From the sequence record OR545507.1: DNA of 64,000 nucleotides. One strand, given 5' to 3'. Shown piece after piece: positions 38,914 through 54,102 of this stretch (positions are counted from its first letter, which is position 1; the number at the start of each line of letters is the position of its first letter). The notes under the pieces were generated by a model. That model saw nothing but the letters and a program-made list of their open reading frames with translations. It was not told the origin of the DNA and did no database searches. Position numbers and translations under genes: made by a program.

Positions 38914-40031
38914 TATTCCTCACTAATATCCACATCAGTACCAAAAGTTTCATCACCTTTTTCTTCTTCTTTAACTTCTTCAATCAAAGGATGATTTTTA
39001 AATTGATGCATTACCAAATCAAGACATGAATCTTCATTACGCATCCACTCTTTGCGATATTTTAGAATCTGTTCGCCAGTTACAATATCAACATACAATA
39101 GACGGTTACCTGATTTAGTGATTAGACCGTATTTTTCAAACATATCTAGTAGACCACTACGTGGGTCCATACCTTTATCCCAAGGAATTTTAATTTCTAC
39201 ATCTTCGAACGGCTTGTTGTAACGAGTCTTCATGACTTTACATTTAGCACGAATACCATTTACTTCGGAAGTTTTATTTCCGTCTTCATCTTCTTTAAGT
39301 TTTAATTTACCCATTGCGATAACCATAGATGAAGCATAAATCAAGCCACTACCACCTGAAACTTTAGGATCTGGGTTAAACATGTCCTGAGATTCATAAC
39401 TGTGGTTAACGCAAACCATACCAATGTTCAATGAACCAATAGAGTTTACACAGTTTGTGATATATGCTTTAAGCTGTTTGGGTTTATGACCCATGTCACC
39501 TTTAAGGTTACCCGCTTTCATTTGATCATTGGCTACTTCAGTGTTTAGCATACCAATTGAATCAATAATAAACAATACTTTTTGACGTTCATCTTTAGGT
39601 GTATTTTCGTATTCTTTACGATATCCTTCAATGAACTCATAGGTGAATTTTGCAACGTCACCAATCATACCCATATTGACTTTCAAAAGTTTTTCTTCAG
39701 AAGTGTCAACACCAAGTGCTTGAAGCCAATCTGAATCCAATGCGTTCTCTGAGTCAATCATAACAACAAAGATGCCTTGTTTTTGAGCTTCACGTGCAAT
39801 ATTACCAGATACGATAAAAGATTTACCACTACCTGATTCACCAGCAAACATCGTTACTTTGCCTAGTGGGATACCACGGTCAAAATAGCCACTGATGCGA
39901 TAATTTAGTGCATAGTTACCAGTACTAACCCATGTATCTGGATCATGAAAACCAACACTAACACCAGTATTCTTTTTAACACTACCAGTACTGTTTTTAA
40001 GAATGTTCGCAAAACCACTTGTCATTTTCAT
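38913..40031 (-). CDS. uvsX: RecA-like recombinase UvsX
   Basis: STGNYALN, AGESGSGKS, IDSENALD, DSIGML, SGG.G..YASS. Confidence 0.95.
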   Translation of the reverse strand: MKMTSGFANILKNSTGSVKKNTGVSVGFHDPDTWVSTGNYALNYRISGYFDRGIPLGKVTMFAGESGSGKSFIVSGNIAREAQKQGIFVVMIDSENALDSDWLQALGVDTSEEKLLKVNMGMIGDVAKFTYEFIEGYRKEYENTPKDERQKVLFIIDSIGMLNTEVANDQMKAGNLKGDMGHKPKQLKAYITNCVNSIGSLNIGMVCVNHSYESQDMFNPDPKVSGGSGLIYASSMVIAMGKLKLKEDEDGNKTSEVNGIRAKCKVMKTRYNKPFEDVEIKIPWDKGMDPRSGLLDMFEKYGLITKSGNRLLYVDIVTGEQILKYRKEWMRNEDSCLDLVMHQFKNHPLIEEVKEEEKGDETFGTDVDISEE

Positions 40032-40056
40032 AATTCGCTCCTTGAATTTTATGAAA

Positions 40057-40082
40057 TAAAACGGGGCAAACTCCGTTGCCCC
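40057..40082 (-). terminator. Rho-independent terminator after gp32
   Basis: GGGGCAA...TTGCCCC stem with U tract on minus. Confidence 0.6.
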
Positions 40083-40100
40083 TTAACTTTTCAAAAACTA

Positions 40101-41153
40101 TTACTTACCTTGTTGTTTCAAACGAGCAACTAGTGCAGATGCAGATAGTTGTTCTTTTGGTGCTTCAGGAGTGGTTGCTGCTGGGGTAGCGACTGGAGTT
40201 ACTGGAGCAGCTTGTGGGGCTGGTGTAACTGGAGCAGTAGGTGCTACTGGTGCAGGTGCTGACTCTTGTTGTACTGGAGCAGGAGTTGGTTTTGATTCAG
40301 TAACAGTTCCAGAGTTAGGTTTTGGTACACCTGCTGGACGATATGCAAATGCCCAACGTGCTGGATCATATGCTTCACCATTTACTGATGCTTCGAACAT
40401 TTCTTCAATTGCTTTCAACTCTTCTGGAGTTGGTTGTTTTGGCATAAAATCATTTAGATTGTATAGGCCATATTTTTCAATTGCTGCTAGTTCTTCTTCG
40501 TTTAGTGGACGCTCAGACATGGAGAATTGAGACATGTCGTAGCTATTATAACCACCACCATTCTTAGTTTTAACAATACCAAAATCACGACCTTGAACGT
40601 AGTGAGTTGGAGACTCTTTGATGCCTGGGTTTAGCAGGATGGATTTAACTTTATCAAAGATATCTTTGTTAGCCAGAATACGACGAATTGGATTTTCTGG
40701 TGCAATGTCGTCTTTTACTGCAACGCTATCAGGAGCAATAAAACATTGCATTAGATAGGTTTTCTTCTTCCAGTAACGACCAGCCATTGCTTTTAGTTCT
40801 TCGTTCCCTGTTTCATTCGCACTTTGGAACCATTGACGTACTTCTTTCAGAACCGGACAGGATTTAGGAACCCACATTTCGTTACAAGGTACTTGAACGG
40901 TAACTTTATCAGTGTGCATACCGACTACACCATTGAAAGTTAGGTTAATCATGTCACGTTCACGCCAGAAGAATGGGTTAGACTCATCTGCATCTGGTAG
41001 AAAACGTAGGTTTAGTGGTTCGTTATAAGGTACGTTCCAGAAAGCTAAGAACGAATCAGCTTTACGCTCGCCAGTAAATGTACCATTCTTTTGAGCTTCT
41101 GCTTTTTCTTGTTCTGCTTTTAGGTGTGCACGAATTTCAGCTAGAGATTTCAT
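40101..41153 (-). CDS. gp32: Single-stranded DNA-binding protein
   Basis: LRFLPDAD..NPFFW, Zn ligands VPCNEM...CPV, YWKKKTY, YDMSQF. Confidence 0.88.
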   Translation of the reverse strand: MKSLAEIRAHLKAEQEKAEAQKNGTFTGERKADSFLAFWNVPYNEPLNLRFLPDADESNPFFWRERDMINLTFNGVVGMHTDKVTVQVPCNEMWVPKSCPVLKEVRQWFQSANETGNEELKAMAGRYWKKKTYLMQCFIAPDSVAVKDDIAPENPIRRILANKDIFDKVKSILLNPGIKESPTHYVQGRDFGIVKTKNGGGYNSYDMSQFSMSERPLNEEELAAIEKYGLYNLNDFMPKQPTPEELKAIEEMFEASVNGEAYDPARWAFAYRPAGVPKPNSGTVTESKPTPAPVQQESAPAPVAPTAPVTPAPQAAPVTPVATPAATTPEAPKEQLSASALVARLKQQGK

Positions 41154-41240
41154 ATATATCTTCCTTGATTTTGGGTTTCTTTGTTATTTGTTAATTGGCT
41201 TCAATGTTTCAGAAACTTCATTGTTCCTTCAACGTTTTAC

Positions 41241-46538
<5,298 letters not shown>

Positions 46539-46547
46539 TCATTGATA

Positions 46548-46575
46548 ATTATAGCACATCTTGAATCACTTTCCC
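46548..46575 (-). promoter_or_regulatory. Phage promoter class GGGAAA-N16-TATAAT
   Basis: TGTGCTATAAT upstream of rnh. Confidence 0.6.
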
Positions 46576-46581
46576 AGATTT

Positions 46582-46653
46582 GATAAATAATATCATAGAA
46601 ATTCATTAAATATCTCAGTAAATTTAAATGCTAGTGATATTTTTTGATAAATA
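46582..46653 (+). promoter_or_regulatory. Two late promoters GATAAATA (46582, 46646)
   Basis: Upstream of two plus-strand genes with strong codon bias. Confidence 0.6.
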
Positions 46654-46699
46654 ACTTTAAGCAGGATATACCTGCACAAAATTTGACAAGGAGATTTTC

Positions 46700-47299
46700 A
46701 TGAGTCTTAATTCTTTTAACCGTAACTATGGTATGTCTAGCGTTGCTCGCGAATGGTGGGGTGGTAATAACGGTTTCGTTACCATCGTAATCGATCTACC
46801 AACTGATGTTGAACTAGGTACTACCAAAGTTACTTCTGACGGTTCTGATGTTCAAGCTGAAGCGTATCAAACTGCTCTAAGTAATGCTCAATATAACCTA
46901 TTCATGGTTACCCAACTACTACAACAACGTGCAGTTCTAGTTACTACCTCTCTACTAGCTCTTGATTCAGAAGTTGTTATTCCTGCTGATTTCAAAAATG
47001 CTAATCCAAACGTAGTTGCATTCGGTACTAGTGGTGCTGATGTAGCAGGTGGTGCTAATTCTGTTGCATTGACTTTCATCTGTGAACGTCAAGACGTATT
47101 TAACAAGCAAGAAGTTCGTCCTGGTTCAGCATGTCCTGCTCCAGTTGATCCAACTGTTGACCTAGCTAAGTCTATCGCTCAAGCTAAAGTTTTCCGTACC
47201 AAAACTTTCGTAAGTCAAGGTACTGATGGTGTTGGTGATGCAGGTGCATCTACTGCTGTAGCAATTAAAGTACGTGCTGCTCTTCCTGTTCAACTATAA
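46700..47299 (+). CDS. Abundant virion structural protein, paralog 1
   Basis: Capsid-like codon bias; LLQQRAVLVTTS...TFICERQDVFNK shared with the next gene. Confidence 0.65.
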   Translation: MSLNSFNRNYGMSSVAREWWGGNNGFVTIVIDLPTDVELGTTKVTSDGSDVQAEAYQTALSNAQYNLFMVTQLLQQRAVLVTTSLLALDSEVVIPADFKNANPNVVAFGTSGADVAGGANSVALTFICERQDVFNKQEVRPGSACPAPVDPTVDLAKSIAQAKVFRTKTFVSQGTDGVGDAGASTAVAIKVRAALPVQL

Positions 47300-47313
47300 T
47301 AGGAGGATAGATT

Positions 47314-48003
47314 ATGTCATATACTAATACTTCTTTTGAACGTATCAATGGTTATTCCTTTGAACGTATTCTAGGTTACTTTTGTGGCACTAACGCCCTA
47401 GCATCCATTGCTATCAGTAAGCTAGGAAACGTAAACGTTCTAGTTACTGGTGCAGTTTCTTCTTATGCTGGTCTACAACGTTTTCTAAACACTGATATTC
47501 CAGAAGAAATTCTAGCATATCTAAATGATAAAGGTATCAAACGTATTGATGGAACTGCATTTGTTCTTGGCACACTAGAAGCTGATTACAATGCATCTTA
47601 TGCAGCACAAACTAACGTTAAACGTATTGTCGATGTTGTTCAACAACGTGCGGTTATCATCGCTACCTCTAACATCGCAGGTAATGGTCTTGAAGTATTT
47701 CCAGTTACTGGTTTCACCAACGCACCTGATGGTGTATTGAGTGCAGGTTCAGTTAGTATTGCTGATGCTTCCGTTGTAACCTTCCTAGTTGAACGTGCTG
47801 GTGTCTTTAACAAAGATCTTAAATCACCACAAGGTGTACCAAGTACTGAATCCGAAGAAGGCCGTCTACTAATTGATGATCTAACTGGTGTTCCGCTACT
47901 TGCTAAAGATGGTGTTACTGAAGTTTATCTACGTTCCCAGTCTGCTGATGCAGCAGGGGATTTCGGTGTTAAACTTTTCCAATACATCCCAGCATTGGTT
48001 TAA
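47314..48003 (+). CDS. Abundant virion structural protein, paralog 2
   Basis: VVQQRAVIIATS...TFLVERAGVFNK; AGGAGG SD. Confidence 0.65.
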   Translation: MSYTNTSFERINGYSFERILGYFCGTNALASIAISKLGNVNVLVTGAVSSYAGLQRFLNTDIPEEILAYLNDKGIKRIDGTAFVLGTLEADYNASYAAQTNVKRIVDVVQQRAVIIATSNIAGNGLEVFPVTGFTNAPDGVLSAGSVSIADASVVTFLVERAGVFNKDLKSPQGVPSTESEEGRLLIDDLTGVPLLAKDGVTEVYLRSQSADAAGDFGVKLFQYIPALV

Positions 48004-48016
48004 TATTTTACAAAAG

Positions 48017-48045
48017 AAAAGGAGAGCAAATGCTCTCCTTTTTTT
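48017..48045. terminator. Bidirectional terminator
   Basis: aaaaggagagca-aa-tgctctcctttt between convergent genes. Confidence 0.85.
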
Positions 48046-48049
48046 ATTT

Positions 48050-48775
48050 TTATCTATATGAACGAAATCCTTCAGGTAAACCAGGTAGCTTGTCTAATCC
48101 TTCGTTCGCACTCACTAGCTTTGTGTCGTAATCATCACTGAAATCATCCGTAGCAAGTTTACGCCCCAAGTCTCTAACAAAGTTATCTATGATTTCTTCT
48201 TCATCATTACCTGGATGACCTTCGGCTTTCAACTTTTTCCAGAAATATTCGTTATAGTCAAAAACAAACTCAACTTCATTTGTTTCAGGATCAAGAACCA
48301 CATCCAAATCAATCCAAGGCTCTTTTCGAAGTGTATATATCTCCTTTGAATATTCACTTTGAGTGATTTCTTCATAACGATATGCAAATTCTATAGCCTT
48401 AAGCCTTTTTTCATCACCGTCTGGCATTAACTCAATGATTTCCATATCATATTCTTTTTCAGTAATAGAACCAGTACTTAGTTTTGCATCAAGAACTTTA
48501 ACATTATACTGTTCACGAGTAATTTTAGAATATTTTAGTTCAACATCAAGTACAGTAATTAGATATTCCAAATCTCCAATTACGCTATATTTCTTTTTAA
48601 TATCCAATTGGGCCAGTTCAACTTCATATGGAGTTAGATATGTCAATTCAGCAACTTTCATATCAGCTTCATAATCATCATTGTAGTAGTATGCTTTAGC
48701 TATCTCTTTTGCCTTTCCAGAAAGTCCCCAGTGAGCAGGGACCATCCAAAATGGAATAAATTTCTTTTTAGCCAT
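48050..48775 (-). CDS. Hypothetical protein
   Basis: KKKFIPFWMVPAHWGL N-terminus, helical repeats; start refined to MAKKK. Confidence 0.6.
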   Translation of the reverse strand: MAKKKFIPFWMVPAHWGLSGKAKEIAKAYYYNDDYEADMKVAELTYLTPYEVELAQLDIKKKYSVIGDLEYLITVLDVELKYSKITREQYNVKVLDAKLSTGSITEKEYDMEIIELMPDGDEKRLKAIEFAYRYEEITQSEYSKEIYTLRKEPWIDLDVVLDPETNEVEFVFDYNEYFWKKLKAEGHPGNDEEEIIDNFVRDLGRKLATDDFSDDYDTKLVSANEGLDKLPGLPEGFRSYR

Positions 48776-49067
48776 TTTTCTTACCAAAAATCTCTTCGAT
48801 TTTCATTACATAATATGTATCTTCACCACCACCAAGATCTTCAGTCAGAGGTGTGTTCAAAGATGAACGACCAAACACAACCATATCACCTTCTTTAATA
48901 TTATGTTCTGCAAGTTGTCCGTTCGGAAGAATTTTACCTGGACCAACGGAAATTACCATCCCAATACATGGTGGTTCAACATTACCTAGAATAATACCAC
49001 CAGTACTTTTATTCTGTGCTTCAATTTGTCGAACAAGAACGTAATCATTAATCATTTTAATTTTCAT
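48768..49067 (-). CDS. groES: GroES-like co-chaperonin (copy 2)
   Basis: NDYVLVR...STGGIIL...G.VISVGPG...IKEGD.V.F; start refined to MKIKM. Confidence 0.92.
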   Translation of the reverse strand: MKIKMINDYVLVRQIEAQNKSTGGIILGNVEPPCIGMVISVGPGKILPNGQLAEHNIKEGDMVVFGRSSLNTPLTEDLGGGEDTYYVMKIEEIFGKKNG

Positions 49068-49068
49068 A

Positions 49069-49275
49069 TTAGTAACCTCCAGTATTTGCAAACCATTTTC
49101 CACGGAAATAAAGATTAGCACCCTTATCACCTGGAGTGAACACTTCCAACTTCATAGTTTTTTCACCATTACATTTAGGACAATCATGAGGTTCATCACG
49201 ATTTGCAATTTTAACAATTTTTTCCATGCTATGTTTGCATTCTTCTTTTTCACAACGATATGTATATAATGGCAT
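49069..49275 (-). CDS. FmdB-like zinc-ribbon protein
   Basis: MPLYTYRC...C...CPKC...FRGKWF. Confidence 0.8.
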   Translation of the reverse strand: MPLYTYRCEKEECKHSMEKIVKIANRDEPHDCPKCNGEKTMKLEVFTPGDKGANLYFRGKWFANTGGY

Positions 49276-49310
49276 TTTGTATTCCTTTACTTTTTAAATC
49301 AAACTAATTT

Positions 49311-49329
49311 GGGGAACATAGTGTTCCCC
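49311..49329 (-). terminator. Rho-independent terminator
   Basis: GGGGAACA-tag-TGTTCCCC. Confidence 0.55.
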
Positions 49330-49339
49330 GTTATTTATA

Positions 49340-50071
49340 TTAGCAGCCTGTTACGTAAAATTTGTATACTGCAATTCCAGTATCTAGTGTTACATTTAGC
49401 ATACCAGTTTTAGTAATACCAAGTGATACTGATTCGGCATTAGATACGCGAGATAATGCTTGAAGTACGCGATCAATATTATAACCAAAACCAAGACCTA
49501 ATTCACCTTCAGTTTTAGAAAAAGCTAGAGAACCAACGTGGTTACTTTTGTTTTTCTCACCAACGTGAAAGTATAGGGTGTCGCCTTCAGTATACGGAGT
49601 TACAAGAGAACTAAAAGATTTAAATACACCAGAAAAACTCTTTAGTTCCTGAACTTTTGCTGCACTAGGAATAACCTGTACGTCATATGGTTGTTCATGA
49701 AAACGTGGTTGAACTGGAATAAGTTTTTCAGCTTGTACCATAAATGTAGTGCTTGCATCTTCAGATTTAAATGCCAGACTTTTAACTGAACCATCTTTAA
49801 CATTTGATGTGATTGTGGTTCCTTCGGTACTGTATGTTTTTAGAGACATTAGACCCTGAAGAAGACCTAGATTACCTAAGCCAAAACGACCCTGAACTTC
49901 AGGAACATCTTCTTTAGTATATGCTCGCATTACAAGAGTTCGGTCATCTGTGTACGCTTCTAGATATACACGTTGTCCTTCACCACGGTCTTCACTGCTT
50001 ACTGCAATACAAGAGAAGTCAATACCACTGGTTGTGTTTACGAGGTCACGTAGTACGTTGCGTAGATCCAT
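49340..50071 (-). CDS. gp45: DNA polymerase sliding clamp
   Basis: 243 aa, alternating beta/alpha pattern, position next to the polymerase; assignment partly by synteny. Confidence 0.7.
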   Translation of the reverse strand: MDLRNVLRDLVNTTSGIDFSCIAVSSEDRGEGQRVYLEAYTDDRTLVMRAYTKEDVPEVQGRFGLGNLGLLQGLMSLKTYSTEGTTITSNVKDGSVKSLAFKSEDASTTFMVQAEKLIPVQPRFHEQPYDVQVIPSAAKVQELKSFSGVFKSFSSLVTPYTEGDTLYFHVGEKNKSNHVGSLAFSKTEGELGLGFGYNIDRVLQALSRVSNAESVSLGITKTGMLNVTLDTGIAVYKFYVTGC

Positions 50072-50135
50072 TATATAATTCTCCGTTTTATTTGTTAATC
50101 AAAAAATGTTTTTATGTAAGATTACTACAAGCACC

Positions 50136-50163
50136 ATTATATCTCAAAAATGATGCTTGTCTC
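50136..50163 (-). promoter_or_regulatory. Phage promoter class GAGACA-N16-TATAAT
   Basis: Upstream of the sliding clamp. Confidence 0.68.
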
Positions 50164-50172
50164 AATTTTTTA

Positions 50173-50469
50173 TCAGTATTTTGTATTCCAACGTTGAAGA
50201 TAAGGCTTATCAATTGTAGAACTCATGCCAATTTTATCGCGTAATTTTTTCAAGTCTTTTAATGTATGTACATCATCGACAAAAACAACTTTACGCTTTT
50301 TCACAAGAGTGTAAACATCAGCAATCTCTCCGTCAACTTCCACTGAACCAGTGCGAGTAAAACCCGCACCAATTAGAACTACTTCTTCATCATTATCATA
50401 TGCTAGTACAGAATTAATGATACCATTACCTTCTAATACTTCACCAATACGCTTATATATATTACTCAT
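50173..50469 (-). CDS. Hypothetical protein, 98 aa
   Basis: ORF. Confidence 0.6.
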   Translation of the reverse strand: MSNIYKRIGEVLEGNGIINSVLAYDNDEEVVLIGAGFTRTGSVEVDGEIADVYTLVKKRKVVFVDDVHTLKDLKKLRDKIGMSSTIDKPYLQRWNTKY

Positions 50470-50611
50470 TATTTTTACCTTGTAATGAAGTCCATTCTAC
50501 ATATTTTTCCCATGCCTCATTTACACTTTCTTCAGTAAGATTCAACATCTCATTAGTGAAAGTATCGTTTACTTCATCATAGTTTAGTTCAATTTCATTT
50601 ACAATAACCAT
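50462..50611 (-). CDS. 49-aa acidic small ORF (not in track)
   Basis: GGAG SD; MVIVNEIELNYDEVNDTFTNEMLNLTEESVNEAWEKYVEWTSLQGKNNE; coupled to the next gene. Confidence 0.55.
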   Translation of the reverse strand: MVIVNEIELNYDEVNDTFTNEMLNLTEESVNEAWEKYVEWTSLQGKNNE

Positions 50612-50622
50612 ATTATTACTCC

Positions 50623-53600
50623 TTACCAAGTGAAGAATCCATTGTTTACTGACGCAGTACTTTTTTCATGAATACCAATATCCATATCCAAAATACCAAA
50701 AATATTCTCTAATTTTTTAGTTAGAACAATCTCTTCCATTTTTTCAGTATCAAATGGTAGTTCCAAGAACCATTCTGGTAGATACTCAACACAGTCAATT
50801 GGATATCCAACAGCTTTAATTCCCATAGGATTATCTTTTAAGTTACAGACAATTACTTTTGTTCCATCTGTTACTTCTGGAACAGATTTATCATCATAAA
50901 CTTCACGTAGACGGTTCCATTGGATACCAGCAAGAACGTGACCAACTTTACACTTACCAGTTAGCTGATATTCAGCCTCTAAATTAGTGTAGTTTTTTAC
51001 AGTTTTTGGTGAACCTTTTTCATGTACAGGCATATCCTTAAATACGTCCTTAAACTCACGTACACGCTGTTTTAGCTGCTGTTCACTCTCACCTACCAGT
51101 AATGCGATTAGAGTCTCTTCTAGGAAGTTCTGGATGTATTTTGGCGTGTCTGAGCGTTTAATTTCAAGACCCATCGCTTTGATTTCACCTGGTTTACCAT
51201 CAATATCTTTACGGAACCCATCTTCCCAGTACTTCAGAATTGCATAACGTTTTTTCTTCAAGAATAGGCCACGTGAACCAACCATCTCAAGGTCTGCACC
51301 AACAATCTTACCTTTTTCAATACCAGTGTTGAACATCTCATGCATAAATGATGGGAAAGATTCACCAACTTCTTCACCAATTTTAATATACATATCAACA
51401 ATCTCTTCTTTAGATAGATTATATGGAATACCTTGTTCTTTCAGATAATGCGTTACACTAAAGTAAACTGAGTCAGTATCACCATAAATTACTGAACCAC
51501 CTTGGTGATTATATACACCAGTAGTAATCTCATTGATACGACTTGCCATATGTTTGGTCATAGAACGTCCAGTTAATGTTACGGATTGACCTAAACGTTT
51601 GTCAAAGAAACGAGAACCTTTGTTCAATAGTGCACCATATAGACTGTTTAGAAGAATCTTACGAATCTGTTGGTTCTGTTTCCAGAAAGCACTACGTTGT
51701 TTGAAGTAATCTTTTTCTTCTTTAGGACAGAAAATACGACCATCTTTTAGTACTAAACCATTTTCTACAATCAACTTAGCAACTTCATCCCATTGTCCTT
51801 TACCAATTTCTTTACGAAGTAAGTATACAGGATCATTATCATGAATATTAGTTCTAAACATTGTACCAGGGGTATAGTTTGATAGTAGTGGTTCGACTTT
51901 TTCATAGCCATTAAACTCCCAACCATCAGTATACATATGTTTATAGTCAATGACCATTTTTTGCTGTGCTTTACGTTCAGAATACCATTGAGTTAGAATG
52001 TCAGGAATTACACCAGACTTAGACTTATCAAAAAGTGTTCCGTTTGCACTAAGTACAATAGTACTATCTTCTGCAAAAATAATATCATATAGCTCTTTGC
52101 CCGTTGCTTTAAAAGAACTCCCATCTTCTAAATCAACAATCAATGTTTCTTCTGACTTTTCATGAACCATTGTAAATTCAACAGCAGCAAATAAACCATG
52201 CCATGCCGCAGTCCAATCTGGTTCAAATGATTTAGATTTAGATTTGTTCTTCTGTTCTTGGATTTTAGCTGCAAGATACGCATCGGTGTAATCTTGACGT
52301 AATTGACCAAGAATACATTCAGTACTCATACCCAAAGTACGTAGAACAGTAGGGTAAAGAGAGTTAAAGTCAGTACACCCAAGGTCACTTACAAGTCCTA
52401 GTACTGGATCTTGTACCCATGCACCTGCTGCTTTTGCACTAATTTTCTCATCTTCATCTTCACCATCTTCACCATAATATTCCATTTCTGGATCAAACTC
52501 AAGATCATCTTTAGGTGCTTTGTTAAAAACAACTTCACCACGAGTATGTGCTAAGTTGATAATAGCAGTGTCGATTAGTGCTACTGAACCCATTGTTGTG
52601 CTGATAAGTACACATTCTTTGTGTGCAAGTCGATTGTGTAGGTTGATATAGTCACATTTAGCATCAATCTTTTTAAGAAGAATACTATCCTGTTTAGAAT
52701 AACGCAAGAAAGTAATGTAATCCTCTCTGTAAAGTTTATCCAATGAACCTTCATATGATACTTTATTTTCTTTAGTTACTTTTTCAGCAATATAATCTAG
52801 TTTATAAGATTGTTCAACTTGACCAGCATGTTTCTTATACAAAGCCAAATAATCAAGATGGACGCGACCTACCAGATCATATGTTTGAACAGTTTTACCA
52901 AAGTTGTCTGCTTCACGTGAATTTGGTTTTTTATTCCATAAACACCAACGAGCAGTTGTTGCTTCATTGAAGATTTTTTTAGTTCGATTGATCATATATG
53001 GAATATCAAAGAATTCACTATTCCATCCTGAAATAACATCAGAATCATCAATTAAACTAAAGAATTCCATAAACATTTCCTTTTCGTCTGTATATAAAAT
53101 TACAGTACTGTTAGGATCGTTTGTTTCTTCATTTAGTTGGCGAACAATATCTTGTGCTTCATAAATTTCCATATCAGCAGGTGGTAAAGTAAGTACATAA
53201 TCCTTTCCAGTCCACGATTGATATAGAGAAATAGCGGTTACTCGGTTAAACGGGTCTGATGGTGGAGCATAACCAAATTTCTTATGGAAATCAGTCTCGA
53301 TATCGAAGAACACGATGTTCAAATCGGGTGAACCTTTTCCCATATATTCTTTAGCTAATGTTTTAAATGTAATGTTACAATCACTTTCAAAAATACGTAG
53401 ACCTTCACTTTTGTGTTGCTCTACACTTTTATTCATTTGAGCTTGAGTTTGAAACTCAAAATGTTTAGCCATTGTACCATAAACAGTTTTATGTGTTCCT
53501 TGTGGGGATTCAACATAATATTCATATACTGGATCTAATTCGCGTAGAATACGTTTACCATTCTTACGTTCAACTACATGAAGAATATCACCAGTACGTT

Positions 53601-53628
53601 TACGTTCCATATAAGCATCGATATACAT
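50623..53628 (-). CDS. gp43: Family B DNA polymerase
   Basis: FDIETD, GWNSEFFD, DS (exonuclease); DFNSLYP, KILLNSLYG, YGDTDS, KKRY. Confidence 0.98.
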   Translation of the reverse strand: MYIDAYMERKRTGDILHVVERKNGKRILRELDPVYEYYVESPQGTHKTVYGTMAKHFEFQTQAQMNKSVEQHKSEGLRIFESDCNITFKTLAKEYMGKGSPDLNIVFFDIETDFHKKFGYAPPSDPFNRVTAISLYQSWTGKDYVLTLPPADMEIYEAQDIVRQLNEETNDPNSTVILYTDEKEMFMEFFSLIDDSDVISGWNSEFFDIPYMINRTKKIFNEATTARWCLWNKKPNSREADNFGKTVQTYDLVGRVHLDYLALYKKHAGQVEQSYKLDYIAEKVTKENKVSYEGSLDKLYREDYITFLRYSKQDSILLKKIDAKCDYINLHNRLAHKECVLISTTMGSVALIDTAIINLAHTRGEVVFNKAPKDDLEFDPEMEYYGEDGEDEDEKISAKAAGAWVQDPVLGLVSDLGCTDFNSLYPTVLRTLGMSTECILGQLRQDYTDAYLAAKIQEQKNKSKSKSFEPDWTAAWHGLFAAVEFTMVHEKSEETLIVDLEDGSSFKATGKELYDIIFAEDSTIVLSANGTLFDKSKSGVIPDILTQWYSERKAQQKMVIDYKHMYTDGWEFNGYEKVEPLLSNYTPGTMFRTNIHDNDPVYLLRKEIGKGQWDEVAKLIVENGLVLKDGRIFCPKEEKDYFKQRSAFWKQNQQIRKILLNSLYGALLNKGSRFFDKRLGQSVTLTGRSMTKHMASRINEITTGVYNHQGGSVIYGDTDSVYFSVTHYLKEQGIPYNLSKEEIVDMYIKIGEEVGESFPSFMHEMFNTGIEKGKIVGADLEMVGSRGLFLKKKRYAILKYWEDGFRKDIDGKPGEIKAMGLEIKRSDTPKYIQNFLEETLIALLVGESEQQLKQRVREFKDVFKDMPVHEKGSPKTVKNYTNLEAEYQLTGKCKVGHVLAGIQWNRLREVYDDKSVPEVTDGTKVIVCNLKDNPMGIKAVGYPIDCVEYLPEWFLELPFDTEKMEEIVLTKKLENIFGILDMDIGIHEKSTASVNNGFFTW

Positions 53629-53663
53629 CGTTTGTATTCCCTTACGTTTATTAAGTTAAAAAG

Positions 53664-53685
53664 AAAGCCTCCGTCATTGGAGGCT
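53664..53685 (-). terminator. Rho-independent terminator
   Basis: AGCCTCC-gtcatt-GGAGGCT with U tract on minus. Confidence 0.6.
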
Positions 53686-53707
53686 ATTTAATATATTTTA
53701 GTACTAA

Positions 53708-54010
53708 TTAGTAATCATCTGCTTGTGGAAGATTATTAGTAACACTAAGAATAGTTTCGATATTATCGAGTTTATTTTGTTTGTCAAAGTAATCACCTTT
53801 GTACATACGTTGTGCAGCTTGTTTGATATCAGATGCATCGATACCAAGTTCATCAGAAACACTAGAAACAAAATCAGATAAGGATGCTTTGGTATCATCA
53901 ATGAAAGTTAGTTGTACAACAATGTTGTTAAGTGCATCGCCGAGACGTTTACGTTGTTCATCGTTTAGATCACGAATTTCAACTTTAACTTCTTTTTTAG
54001 ATTTAGCCAT
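53708..54010 (-). CDS. T4 DsbA-like dsDNA-binding protein
   Basis: DELGIDASDIKQAAQRMYKGDY resembles T4 DsbA DELGVDGKMFNRLLALYHKDN. Confidence 0.65.
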   Translation of the reverse strand: MAKSKKEVKVEIRDLNDEQRKRLGDALNNIVVQLTFIDDTKASLSDFVSSVSDELGIDASDIKQAAQRMYKGDYFDKQNKLDNIETILSVTNNLPQADDY

Positions 54011-54074
54011 TTTGTATTTCTCCATGTGTGTTTTCAAAAAAATGTCACCTCACCACAATCGGTGAGATGACTTA

Positions 54075-54102
54075 ATTGTATCACGTCTTTACGTGTTGTC
54101 TC
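54075..54102 (-). promoter_or_regulatory. Phage promoter class GAGACA-N16-TACAAT
   Basis: Upstream of dsbA-like and DNA polymerase genes. Confidence 0.68.
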
